64,000 nucleotides of DNA from IMG/VR virus record IMGVR_UViG_3300025057_000003, positions 51,585 through 115,584 of that record. One strand, 5' to 3'. Under the pieces are notes generated by a model, which worked only from the letters and a program-made list of their open reading frames with translations, had not been told where the DNA came from and did no database searches. Positions 41,622-50,482 of the stretch are shown in pieces. Within the stretch, counting starts at the first letter, position 1. Every line of letters starts with the position of its first letter. The stretch is from a virus. The position numbers and the translations under genes were made by a program.

Positions 41622-42896
41622 TTATTTTACAGTCATTTTAATTATTTCAGGCTTCATCATAAGCTTATTAAACTTCTGCTTGTTCCCGTTAAAAATAGTT
41701 CTTACAACTAAGTACTTAAGATCATTAGTGAAATACTCTTTTGTGCAAAGAGTTTCCAATCTATCAGTAATCTTTTGACTAATTGTATTATCCTTAGAAT
41801 ATACTACTGCAAAGTTTGCAAGTCTGGTTGCTAGGGTAGATGCAATATCTGCACGATAGTTATCATCTTTACCAATACAACCGGTTAACTCACCAAGAAT
41901 ATATTGCTCATTGTCATGAGTCAATAGATCTTTTGGTGTAACTAGTTTATCTAACTTATTATTAATAAATACAGTAAACATAGAAGCAAACTCTTCACCT
42001 ACTGATCCTTCACCAATCATTTGAATATATGAAAGGTTAGCCTCAAAGCTTTCAAAGCTAGAGATAGAATTAAAGAAAGTGGTGATTGCACGAGCATTTG
42101 TCTCTTGAGTCACAAGCTCAGGGTGTAGTAGCATGAAGTTAATACAACGTGTATCAATTCCTTCTTCTTCCGCCCAACGAGCCCATACGTTTACATCAAA
42201 CTGCAAGTTAGCAGTAATATAACGTGTTTTCTGTGCAGCATCAATAGAGTTAACCATATAGTCTCCGTTATCTGGATTTGCGGTTAACACAATATGCCAG
42301 TCTTGCGGTAGTGACCACGAGATGTACGTCTGACGATCAATCAGTTCCATTACGGCCTGAATAAATCTAACGTCTGCACGGTTCCAGTCATCAAGAAGTA
42401 GGATACCACCTTTCTTCTTGTCTGAGATCCACTCAGGTGCAGCATATGACATACGGTTCTTACCTGTCATCTTGTAACCATTGCTTAAATAGTCACTTAC
42501 TGCGAGCTCACTTACCCACTGCCCAATCTTCTTTGTAACAGAAGCATTATTGGCTAGCTGGGCAACATCTTTAGATGCGGCAGTCTTTGCACCGTAAGCT
42601 ACAGCGTCTTTGTTGTTATTAATAGATACAACTTTCTCTTTATACATTTGGAACTCTCTAACTGGGAAACCCACGAGATCACCTAGCTCCTCAATCTGAG
42701 CTAAGTTTAGTTTTACAAAATCAAGGTTATGTTCCTCAGCAATTTGTTTTACTGTGGATGTTTTACCAATACCTGATTCACCTAGAACTTCTATAGCAAC
42801 AGGAAGTTTTCCCTGTCCCTGTAGAAATCTATTATTGTTTATAATGTGGCCCATAAAGCCTCTTAAGTCATCAATGTTTAAATTTACTTGTGCCAT
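41622..42896 (-). CDS. MoxR-like AAA+ ATPase
   Basis: Walker A GESGIGKT, GDLVGFP, Walker B LLLDDWNRA, VLTANP and DAAQKTR. Confidence 0.9.
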   Translation of the reverse strand: MAQVNLNIDDLRGFMGHIINNNRFLQGQGKLPVAIEVLGESGIGKTSTVKQIAEEHNLDFVKLNLAQIEELGDLVGFPVREFQMYKEKVVSINNNKDAVAYGAKTAASKDVAQLANNASVTKKIGQWVSELAVSDYLSNGYKMTGKNRMSYAAPEWISDKKKGGILLLDDWNRADVRFIQAVMELIDRQTYISWSLPQDWHIVLTANPDNGDYMVNSIDAAQKTRYITANLQFDVNVWARWAEEEGIDTRCINFMLLHPELVTQETNARAITTFFNSISSFESFEANLSYIQMIGEGSVGEEFASMFTVFINNKLDKLVTPKDLLTHDNEQYILGELTGCIGKDDNYRADIASTLATRLANFAVVYSKDNTISQKITDRLETLCTKEYFTNDLKYLVVRTIFNGNKQKFNKLMMKPEIIKMTVK

Positions 42897-42902
42897 AATT
42901 GT

Positions 42903-44057
42903 TTAATTTAATTGTATTTTTTTTCCGGGTAATTCTTCGTTTATTCTGCAATGACTGCTATGTACCCACAAAGCATTCTTTGGACAGTTCTCTGGGGCCC
43001 ATGCCTCACCATCCGTAAAATATATAAGAGCTGTATAACGCCCGTGTTCATTGTAGTGATCTATGACAGGTTGAAATGATGTACCACCTCTACCATGTAT
43101 TTGCCAATCACGCTTAGGATTAAAAGGTTCAATTGAATTGATACTTGTATCACACTGCACTACTGTAATCTGATGACCAGTCTTGTGCATATGTGTTAAC
43201 TCAGACCAAAATTCCTCAAGTTCCTTTTGACTTACAGATCCTGAAGTATCAACACCTACGCAGATGTGATTTTTGAATTTAATCTTTAGTCCTGGATTTT
43301 CAGAATACCTTTTATTATACTTTCTTCTTAGCTTCTTTGTATAAACTATAGATGAATTACCAACAAACCTTCTAAGGTAACCACGCCAATCAAACTTGGG
43401 TGGTTCTACATGACGGAGTCTTTTAATTAAGTCCGCCAACTCACCTGGAATATTACCGCATCTCTTCTCAGTCATCTCAGCATTTTCTTTGAGCTGATGC
43501 TCAACCTGCTTTTGGATTAACTTCTTTTCTGCTTCAGATAAATCTTCAATCTCTTCCCATGTGGCATGATCATATGGAGTACTTCCATCCATTTGATCCA
43601 TTAATTCATCAAGAGATGGAGATGAGCCATCTTCACGAGCTTGTTGTAATAACTCATAATATGTTTTAGTACCAGCTCTTGCAGGAAGATCTAACTCTGG
43701 AAATGAATCCATTGTTATACCTCCATCAGGAAGATAATCTTGATCAATGTATTGATTGATCTCCAAATCCGCAGCTATATTAAATAACTTCTTATCTGCA
43801 TACTGATCTCTGACCAACAAATGCCCAAATGATATATGAAGAAGTTCATGTTTTAATAAACCAATCCTGTGTTTATCATTCAATCCTGTAAAAAATTCAG
43901 GGTTAATTGCAAGCTGTACACCAATGCCGTGTTTACTAACACCAGCAGTAGGAAGCTTATCTGTATAAACCTTATTAAGGCCAACTAAAAAGAGCCCATA
44001 AAAGGGCTCTGTAAAAATTAGGGTTTTACTTGCTTTTGAAACTAAATTTGCTACCAT
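42903..44057 (-). CDS. Metallopeptidase-vWA protein (DUF2201-like)
   Basis: HELLH zincin motif and NIAADLEIN; MIDAS elements DTSGS, GGTSF and FTDG. Confidence 0.9.
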   Translation of the reverse strand: MVANLVSKASKTLIFTEPFYGLFLVGLNKVYTDKLPTAGVSKHGIGVQLAINPEFFTGLNDKHRIGLLKHELLHISFGHLLVRDQYADKKLFNIAADLEINQYIDQDYLPDGGITMDSFPELDLPARAGTKTYYELLQQAREDGSSPSLDELMDQMDGSTPYDHATWEEIEDLSEAEKKLIQKQVEHQLKENAEMTEKRCGNIPGELADLIKRLRHVEPPKFDWRGYLRRFVGNSSIVYTKKLRRKYNKRYSENPGLKIKFKNHICVGVDTSGSVSQKELEEFWSELTHMHKTGHQITVVQCDTSINSIEPFNPKRDWQIHGRGGTSFQPVIDHYNEHGRYTALIYFTDGEAWAPENCPKNALWVHSSHCRINEELPGKKIQLN

Positions 44058-44428
44058 TTTACTTTGAATTTACCATCTATGAATTTATATTCTTCTGTTA
44101 AAGCATGAAAATGCTCAACAACCAATGATTCATAAATGAGTTTTATATTTTCTATATTATCACTTTTTAATTTTGATATGCTGTTATACAGCTCTTGCAT
44201 TGTGAGATCTTGATAATTCCACATGCTCTGACCAAGCATCTCTATAAGATGACGTCTGCCACCATATGAAGTTTTTTTAAGAATAAGCCTTATAATCTCT
44301 TCCTCAGGGTTTAAGTTTTTAATTGTCTCCAAGGCCATCTCAACATCTTCAGTATTTGAAGAGTTTAACATCTTAGATAAATTATTAAATACCTCTAAAT
44401 CTATTTTTAATATTTCTTTTGTATCCAT
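44051..44428 (-). CDS. Small helical protein sharing the SxDxE-LA motif with the BRCT-like paralogs
   Basis: Likely start at ATG 44428 (TAATG coupling); LSKMLNSSNTEDVEMALETIKNLN. Confidence 0.7.
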   Translation of the reverse strand: MDTKEILKIDLEVFNNLSKMLNSSNTEDVEMALETIKNLNPEEEIIRLILKKTSYGGRRHLIEMLGQSMWNYQDLTMQELYNSISKLKSDNIENIKLIYESLVVEHFHALTEEYKFIDGKFKVKW

Positions 44429-44775
44429 TAGTCCTCTATTTTTAAGGTTTTTCTCATCCAATCTGGTTTTTCCTTTCTGTTCATATGAACAATCCATTCC
44501 TTTGCAGATGGGATGTAATTATTGCAATCTTCTTTGACATGTTGTTCACCAACATATCTTGTATACACGGTCTTACCGTCTGAATTAATAAATGATTTAC
44601 CAAAGATTATTTCACATTCAAAAATACCTTCACTGTGATGACGATATAATCTGTGCATAGAATGACCTATCCACTTTTTAGTTTCATCAAACCACTCATG
44701 TATTTTAATGTAATCTTCAGGAATGCCACCCCATTTTCTCACTGAGGATTTAGCATGTAAAGAAGGATGAGCCAT
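44428..44775 (-). CDS. His-rich conserved protein (DUF6915-like)
   Basis: MAHPSLHAKSSVRKWGG...IHEWFDETK...HRLYRHHSEG...EQHVKED. Confidence 0.75.
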   Translation of the reverse strand: MAHPSLHAKSSVRKWGGIPEDYIKIHEWFDETKKWIGHSMHRLYRHHSEGIFECEIIFGKSFINSDGKTVYTRYVGEQHVKEDCNNYIPSAKEWIVHMNRKEKPDWMRKTLKIED

Positions 44776-45131
44776 TAATCATCAAATATTAAAGCATCCC
44801 ATGAGTATGGATCTACAGTTCTTTGATTATAATCAGCCTCAATGGATTTATCTTTTACATTAATTGTTACACTGCCATATCCACCGTCATTATTTACCCA
44901 ATCTCCACCATAGCTATTAACACAATCTTCAATTAAAGAATATATATAATCTTCTAAGTTTTGATCTGCTCTATAGTCTATTAGATTATCATCAATATCA
45001 TAGAAAGTATAATCATGAACTTCTCCAGAATCACCTTGACCATCAAAGTCAGCTATTACTTTTTCTATTCCGTGATCCATTAATCTGCTCAGTAGTGGTA
45101 GCAGTTCCATTGGTTCTTTTTGTTTTGCCAT
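44775..45131 (-). CDS. Acidic conserved protein (DUF6878-like)
   Basis: FDGQGDSGEV...DWVNNDGGYG. Confidence 0.7.
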   Translation of the reverse strand: MAKQKEPMELLPLLSRLMDHGIEKVIADFDGQGDSGEVHDYTFYDIDDNLIDYRADQNLEDYIYSLIEDCVNSYGGDWVNNDGGYGSVTINVKDKSIEADYNQRTVDPYSWDALIFDD

Positions 45132-45498
45132 AATTTATAATTTCAATTATTACTCCTGGCTTTTCTTTATCATATTGATATGGTTTGAATATGGGAATGA
45201 TAAATTCCATATTATCATCTTCTATCCAACCATGTGTTACCATATCATCTTGCACTGTTTGTGCAGGATTTATGTAATCAAACTTATGTTTAGTACCACG
45301 AATAAAAGTGAAAGCAATTGTGACCGGTAGTTTATGCTTCTTTAGTTCCTTCTGAAACTGAGATGCATATTTTTGATAGAAAGGTTTTGTGTCCTTTCTA
45401 TATTTCATAACTGTTTTACTAGATATGAAGTACTTGCCTGTCCATCTTCTTCCATTTTTACTACTAGGTACATTACCTGGTATAAAATATTTAGCCAT
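45049..45498 (-). CDS. RusA-like Holliday junction resolvase
   Basis: GNVPSSKN...DYINPAQTVQDDMVTHGWIEDDN. Confidence 0.8.
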   Translation of the reverse strand: MAKYFIPGNVPSSKNGRRWTGKYFISSKTVMKYRKDTKPFYQKYASQFQKELKKHKLPVTIAFTFIRGTKHKFDYINPAQTVQDDMVTHGWIEDDNMEFIIPIFKPYQYDKEKPGVIIEIINYGKTKRTNGTATTTEQINGSRNRKSNS

Positions 45499-45499
45499 A

Positions 45500-46477
45500 T
45501 TATTTATGTATAGTCTCCTTAAGGAGAGGTTTTAAATTAGCATGAACTTCATCAAAGCCATACTCTTTTACTGCATCTGATATATCTTTTGCTAGATCTA
45601 AAGCACAACCATTTATATCATAGTTCTTTTTATAAACAGCAATTGCTTTTTTACCGGCATCATCATTATCAAATAAAGTTATTACTTTTTTATATTTACT
45701 CTTTAGATTCTCAATTATATAAGGCTTAATCAAAGTATTCTCACTGTCTGGAGCAATGACCTCAAGATTATAACCAAATCCGGCTAGAGACATCACATCT
45801 TTTAATGAAGAAGCAATAACCAAATAAGGCTGCTTATACTCCAACTGATCTAAACCTTGAATATAAGATTCAATTTTGTAAAACTTAAACCCATCACGAA
45901 GAGGCTGATAGATTTTAAATATCTGACCATGTTTATTGTAATAACCATACATGTTCTTACCACGTATAGTCTTTTTTTCCACGGTCCCATTATCAGACTT
46001 TATTAAATTATAGTAATCAATAGGTCTAACATTATATTTAGATAGCATAGAGCTACCAATCCTGTATTGTAACCAGTAAACCGCATCATCCTGGTTCCAG
46101 GACCGTGTCTTTACTAGTTCAACTTCCCATTTAGGTTGAGGTTTAAATTCTATCTTAACTGCTCCATTTTGCGCTACAAATTTATTATAGTCATTGATCA
46201 TCTTTTCAACTGCAGAAGCATAATTTAAATCAAATATATCTTGTATAAGATTAATCTTGTTACCACCTTTACCGGTTGAAAAGTCTTTATACATATAGCA
46301 ACGTTTCATTTTATCTACATATATGCATAAACTAGCTGTACGTTCTGAAGGATTCCAAATAGATTTTATTTTTATATCCTGTCCACTAAGATGTTCATTG
46401 AGTTTTAAATAATACTGAAAAACCCAATAGCTAGGAACAGATGATTCGTTTGCAACTAAGTTTTTTGTACTAATCAT
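45500..46477 (-). CDS. DNA primase (TOPRIM, crAss-type)
   Basis: ERTASL, YKDFSTG, SSLKDVM, APDSE, FDNDDAG and KDISD motifs. Confidence 0.85.
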   Translation of the reverse strand: MISTKNLVANESSVPSYWVFQYYLKLNEHLSGQDIKIKSIWNPSERTASLCIYVDKMKRCYMYKDFSTGKGGNKINLIQDIFDLNYASAVEKMINDYNKFVAQNGAVKIEFKPQPKWEVELVKTRSWNQDDAVYWLQYRIGSSMLSKYNVRPIDYYNLIKSDNGTVEKKTIRGKNMYGYYNKHGQIFKIYQPLRDGFKFYKIESYIQGLDQLEYKQPYLVIASSLKDVMSLAGFGYNLEVIAPDSENTLIKPYIIENLKSKYKKVITLFDNDDAGKKAIAVYKKNYDINGCALDLAKDISDAVKEYGFDEVHANLKPLLKETIHK

Positions 46478-46488
46478 ATTTCAAATTT

Positions 46489-46520
46489 AAAAAAAAATTG
46501 CCGGCACAAGACCGGCAATT
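46489..46520 (-). terminator. Intrinsic terminator
   Basis: ATTGCCGG-N7-CCGGCAAT followed by a U-tract that runs into a TAAATTTG (-7-like) box before the primase gene. Confidence 0.8.
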
Positions 46521-46532
46521 TCAAACCCTAAA

Positions 46533-46715
46533 CTATTCTACAGTTTCTATAGATAATGAATCAGCTTCTACAGCTGGTTCTTCAGCTGGTGCTTCTTCTA
46601 CACTAGAACTTTCTGAAACTTCTACTTTTTCAGCTGAATCTGTGCATTCTCCTTTGCTACAAGACACAAGAGTTAACGCACTTACCGCAATAAAACTTAA
46701 AAATAACTTTTTCAT
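46533..46715 (-). CDS. Small acidic lipoprotein
   Basis: MKK, a hydrophobic core and lipobox LVSC, then a Glu/Ser/Ala-rich tail. Confidence 0.75.
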   Translation of the reverse strand: MKKLFLSFIAVSALTLVSCSKGECTDSAEKVEVSESSSVEEAPAEEPAVEADSLSIETVE

Positions 46716-46742
46716 AATAAAAAAATTAAGGGATTAATAAAA

Positions 46743-46805
46743 AAGTAGAGGGGACACGCCAAACAGTCCCCCTGAATTAGTGATTTAGGCCTACTAAAAC
46801 TACTT
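46743..46805 (-). ncRNA. Three-way-junction RNA motif, copy A (unassigned)
   Basis: AAGUAG-UU-UUAGU[AGGCCUAAAUC]ACUAA-UUCA-GGGGGAC[UGUUUGGCGU]GUCCCCU-CUACUU; homologous to 55444-55507 with compensatory changes. Confidence 0.7.
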
Positions 46806-46853
46806 GCTTGTTATGTTTTACATTAAAACACCCGCGCACGCAGGAAAAAAAAT

Positions 46854-47519
46854 TTATAGATCAAAGTCATCCCCTGTATTAGAACTAGCAGGTTCAAAAC
46901 TTGATGTAGTTTGAGTTTTCTTTAACTCTTTTACATGATCTTCTTTAGAAAACTTATATAATTTTGAATTTTCTACATCCAAAGCTTCTAATGAAACTCC
47001 GTCTTTAGAATTTCTTGGTAAGAATAAGTCATAGTTAATATAACCTTCCTTATTTTCCCACTCTCTACCGCCAACACATGCATTTATGAATGTATCTCCA
47101 GATAAAACGGAATCTGCAGATTTCATAAATTGTTCAATAGTGTCAGCTTCAATCATATCTAAGTCATCACGCTTATTTAATACTTCAGATAAATAAATCA
47201 TAGATTTAAGAACTTCTGTATCTCTTTTTACTTCTCTACCACTTGGTAAAGTAGCATCTTTAAACGGATATGGACTTAATCTAATCCTACCAACTTGACC
47301 TTCATATCTAGGCCCATTTGCATCATTAGGGTCTATAAGAAAACCCTCAAACTCTCCGCCTACTGGCTCTGATTCTACATGCAATACTACATTATATGCA
47401 TCCTTATCATAAGGTGTTTGATCAAATGTGATGCTATTAATTTTTACTTTCTGATTACCTACTCCGATAACAGGTCTTGCTTTGCCTGAACCGGCACTCA
47501 TGTCTTTTGTACTTAACAT
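46854..47519 (-). CDS. Single-stranded DNA-binding protein (putative)
   Basis: Beta-rich with an acidic C-terminus (GDDFDL); lies between the Sak4-like ATPase and the primase. Confidence 0.65.
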   Translation of the reverse strand: MLSTKDMSAGSGKARPVIGVGNQKVKINSITFDQTPYDKDAYNVVLHVESEPVGGEFEGFLIDPNDANGPRYEGQVGRIRLSPYPFKDATLPSGREVKRDTEVLKSMIYLSEVLNKRDDLDMIEADTIEQFMKSADSVLSGDTFINACVGGREWENKEGYINYDLFLPRNSKDGVSLEALDVENSKLYKFSKEDHVKELKKTQTTSSFEPASSNTGDDFDL

Positions 47520-47540
47520 ACTTTTTAATTAATTAATTAT

Positions 47541-48224
47541 TTATTTACTATACTCAATGATGCAATCTTTAACATATTGCAAATCATTTTCAATGAAGGA
47601 TTCTTCAAACATACCCATTGGTGATTTACATGTGTTCTCACCATTAGTTTGTGTTTCAAATCCATATCTTAATGTTCCATCTTCTTCTTTGATAACCTTA
47701 CCAAAAAGTACAATAGAAAATAAGCCTTCCAAAGTTAATGCATTATCTATCATCTTACCTACAGTTTTTGCTTTAACTTTTCTATGGCCATTTATATCAG
47801 TTGACTCCTCTGAATGAGTTAGAAAAAAACAAAACAAATCATCTCTCAAATCTTTTGGCATTTTTGCAACCTGAGCTAGGTTTGAAGCTATTGAGGTAAA
47901 TTTATCATATCCTTTTTCATTTGCTCTATCAAAGTATTCAAAAGCAGACATATATTGCCAGTCATCAATAACTAAATTAGTTATATGTGGCATTTTATCA
48001 TTTACATGTTGTATAGCTTTCATAATCCCTGTAGCTGATGACGCATTTGTCATATTACCCGTGGGATTATCTTTGCTAATCAATGTGTATTTAGATTTCC
48101 AACCTTTAAAAGGTAAGGGTTTATTTGCAATATTAATCCAAAATGTTTCTTTTGGATCTAAATTTCTACCAGATGTAGATTTACCTGACCCTGAGTCAGC
48201 AATTACTAAAACGCTTTCTGCCAT
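47541..48224 (-). CDS. AAA_24 / Sak4-like ATPase
   Basis: ADSGSGKSTS, VIDDWQY, KTVGKMID and TCKSPMGMF motifs. Confidence 0.88.
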   Translation of the reverse strand: MAESVLVIADSGSGKSTSGRNLDPKETFWINIANKPLPFKGWKSKYTLISKDNPTGNMTNASSATGIMKAIQHVNDKMPHITNLVIDDWQYMSAFEYFDRANEKGYDKFTSIASNLAQVAKMPKDLRDDLFCFFLTHSEESTDINGHRKVKAKTVGKMIDNALTLEGLFSIVLFGKVIKEEDGTLRYGFETQTNGENTCKSPMGMFEESFIENDLQYVKDCIIEYSK

Positions 48225-48227
48225 TAT

Positions 48228-48731
48228 TTATTTATTTAATTGTTTTGCTATTGATTCTAAAGCTATTGCTATTCTTTTAAGATATTGTTTCATATTATCA
48301 TCAGGATTAGGAAGATCTTCTAATTCAAATATAGTTTTAGATTCTTCTTTCCTGCTTGTTACATCATTTATAACAATTAGCTCATTTACAGGTATAAGAT
48401 GTCTTTCAAAACCTGAATTACTGGTTATGAGTTCATACTCTTCCTTCCAGTGAGCATTATATTTATGAAGATATAATGTTCTTTTAGGATCTTCTGATTC
48501 ATAATCAATACTTACAAATTCTGTATATATGTCTTCACCTTTCTCAAGTTCACTTGGAAAGAATGATACATATAAATCATCTTTGCCATTTGGCCTATAA
48601 GCCATTTTTGGTATGTATAATGCATTAAGATTTCCAATTGTTTGAAAATAATCTTCATGCTCTTCTCTAAGTTCAGAGACTTTCTTTTTTCTTTCGGCTG
48701 GAGTCATTACTTTACTTTTAGTACTTATCAT
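48228..48731 (-). CDS. Hypothetical protein
   Basis: 167-aa ORF, ATGA-coupled to the helicase gene. Confidence 0.75.
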   Translation of the reverse strand: MISTKSKVMTPAERKKKVSELREEHEDYFQTIGNLNALYIPKMAYRPNGKDDLYVSFFPSELEKGEDIYTEFVSIDYESEDPKRTLYLHKYNAHWKEEYELITSNSGFERHLIPVNELIVINDVTSRKEESKTIFELEDLPNPDDNMKQYLKRIAIALESIAKQLNK

Positions 48732-49684
48732 CTTCTATCTTGTTGTTCTGGTGTGGCCATTTCAGATATCTGCATTTTTTCAAATTCTCCTCTAAAGAAA
48801 CTCATCCGTGTATCACCATTTCTTGCTTTAAGAAAGTGTAATACAAGAGTTCTATCATCTTTTATTATATATCTGTCTGGGCCATAATATCTGATCTTTT
48901 GTTTTGCAGGACGGTTAATACCAATTAAGTTATCTGCGTGTTGTAACATTGCATCTGAACCAAATATATCTGATTCTAATACATAGTTGCCATATTTACC
49001 ATCTACAGCCCGGTCAGGATTATCTATATTCCTATTAAGCTGAGACAGTGCAATAAATAAACACGGATAATCTCTTTTACATTGTGTAAAAAACTCACCT
49101 AACTCAAATAGCATATCTAATCTATTGTTTTGATAAGGAGCTCTTTTTACAAGTATAGTGTGATCCAGTGTAATAATAGTTTTGGCACCCTTGTGTTCAT
49201 CCATATACATATCAATCTGTTCACGCATCTGATTTACGGTCATAGGTCTGCTGATAATATCAACAGGATTCTTAACCCTATCTTTTGCATATTGATGACA
49301 TGTATTTATTACATCCGTAGATAATTTACTACCTGCACTACATAATTCTTTATAAGTTTTTCCAGTTAGTGAACTAAATTCACGCATAGCTGAGGTTCTA
49401 CCAACCATCTCAAATTGAAATTCTAGAACTCTAAAATTATCATCTGGATTTAAATCAAATGATTCTCTTATGATCTGATCTTTAATAAGAGTTTTACCTG
49501 AGCCAGGACGTCCCCCTATAACAGTTAAAGTATTCCACTCTAAACCATCTGTGGTTGCGTCATTAAACTTAGGCCACGGGGTATATACAGACTTTTCAAG
49601 TCCTTTTTGTCTATTTAGCATATATTTCAATGCTTCATTGAATGATTCATATTGACCACCCCATGCTGGTTTTTGTCTACTCAT
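48728..49684 (-). CDS. dnaB: DnaB-like replicative helicase (C-terminal ATPase domain only)
   Basis: GGRPGSGKT, FEM, LDH, LSQLNR, SDIFGSDAMLQHAD and LKARNG motifs. Confidence 0.9.
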   Translation of the reverse strand: MSRQKPAWGGQYESFNEALKYMLNRQKGLEKSVYTPWPKFNDATTDGLEWNTLTVIGGRPGSGKTLIKDQIIRESFDLNPDDNFRVLEFQFEMVGRTSAMREFSSLTGKTYKELCSAGSKLSTDVINTCHQYAKDRVKNPVDIISRPMTVNQMREQIDMYMDEHKGAKTIITLDHTILVKRAPYQNNRLDMLFELGEFFTQCKRDYPCLFIALSQLNRNIDNPDRAVDGKYGNYVLESDIFGSDAMLQHADNLIGINRPAKQKIRYYGPDRYIIKDDRTLVLHFLKARNGDTRMSFFRGEFEKMQISEMATPEQQDRR

Positions 49685-49904
49685 GCGGTATTTCCATTAT
49701 ATATCTTAAACATTCATAATAAAACTTCTTTCCTGATTCTTGAGCAAGTCTTTTGCAAGTAACATGGGTTGCCCATATTGCTTGATTTTTATTCATACTG
49801 CTACTAAAATCTTCTTTACTGAAGTTCTTATGTTCTTTTATTAATCCATTAACAAATTCAATTACCAAGTCTTTATCAATTTCTTCAACCGTTTGATCTT
49901 TCAT
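49677..49904 (-). CDS. Hypothetical protein
   Basis: 75-aa ORF overlapping both neighbouring genes. Confidence 0.65.
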   Translation of the reverse strand: MKDQTVEEIDKDLVIEFVNGLIKEHKNFSKEDFSSSMNKNQAIWATHVTCKRLAQESGKKFYYECLRYIMEIPHE

Positions 49905-50482
49905 ACTACTTTTTCTTTAAAATGATCACTTTCAGTAGTTATACCATCTCTAATCATATCACAGTAGTCTGCAAGTTTTGAAGTTTTGACCTTGTGTTTG
50001 TCTTGTTTAGATATAAAATACTGACTATTCTGCATGTAAAGATAATTGTTTCTTTGATACTCATTTACATACATTTTAGTAGCCTTTATAATCTCTTCCC
50101 AGCTATAATCATACTCTGCAAAGAACCATCTAAAATTTTCAGTTAGTATTTTAACATTATTTCTTGCAGGTACACCTGATGGTAATTTACCTTTGGGAAA
50201 TATATCTCTGTATTGACTAACATTCAACTGTCCGGAATTTCCTAACAGTTGCTTATTTGTTTTATTTTTATTTACAGTGAAGTAATTATTCAAAGTAGCT
50301 ATTACTTTTTCACCTTCAACAGTTATGGAGTTATCTTTATTGATATATCCTTCTTCTACAAGACTTTTTATATCAAATTCTCCCCATGTATATGGAGTTA
50401 TTCCTTCATTAAATGCAAATAATATCATGCATTGATTAGGAGTTATTCCGTACTTCTGTATTTTTTGAAATAGTTCTAACAT
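49901..50482 (-). CDS. Putative replication initiator/helicase loader (wHTH N-terminus)
   Basis: ITPNQCMIL...LVEEGYI...ITVEG winged-helix-like pattern; lies upstream of DnaB. Confidence 0.5.
   Translation of the reverse strand: MLELFQKIQKYGITPNQCMILFAFNEGITPYTWGEFDIKSLVEEGYINKDNSITVEGEKVIATLNNYFTVNKNKTNKQLLGNSGQLNVSQYRDIFPKGKLPSGVPARNNVKILTENFRWFFAEYDYSWEEIIKATKMYVNEYQRNNYLYMQNSQYFISKQDKHKVKTSKLADYCDMIRDGITTESDHFKEKVV

Noticed and set aside
21774-49684. Introns or inteins in RNR, PolB, primase or DnaB
   Set aside because: The proteins are compact and uninterrupted, with no C...HN intein ends or embedded homing endonucleases. The small HNH gene at 58239 is free-standing.
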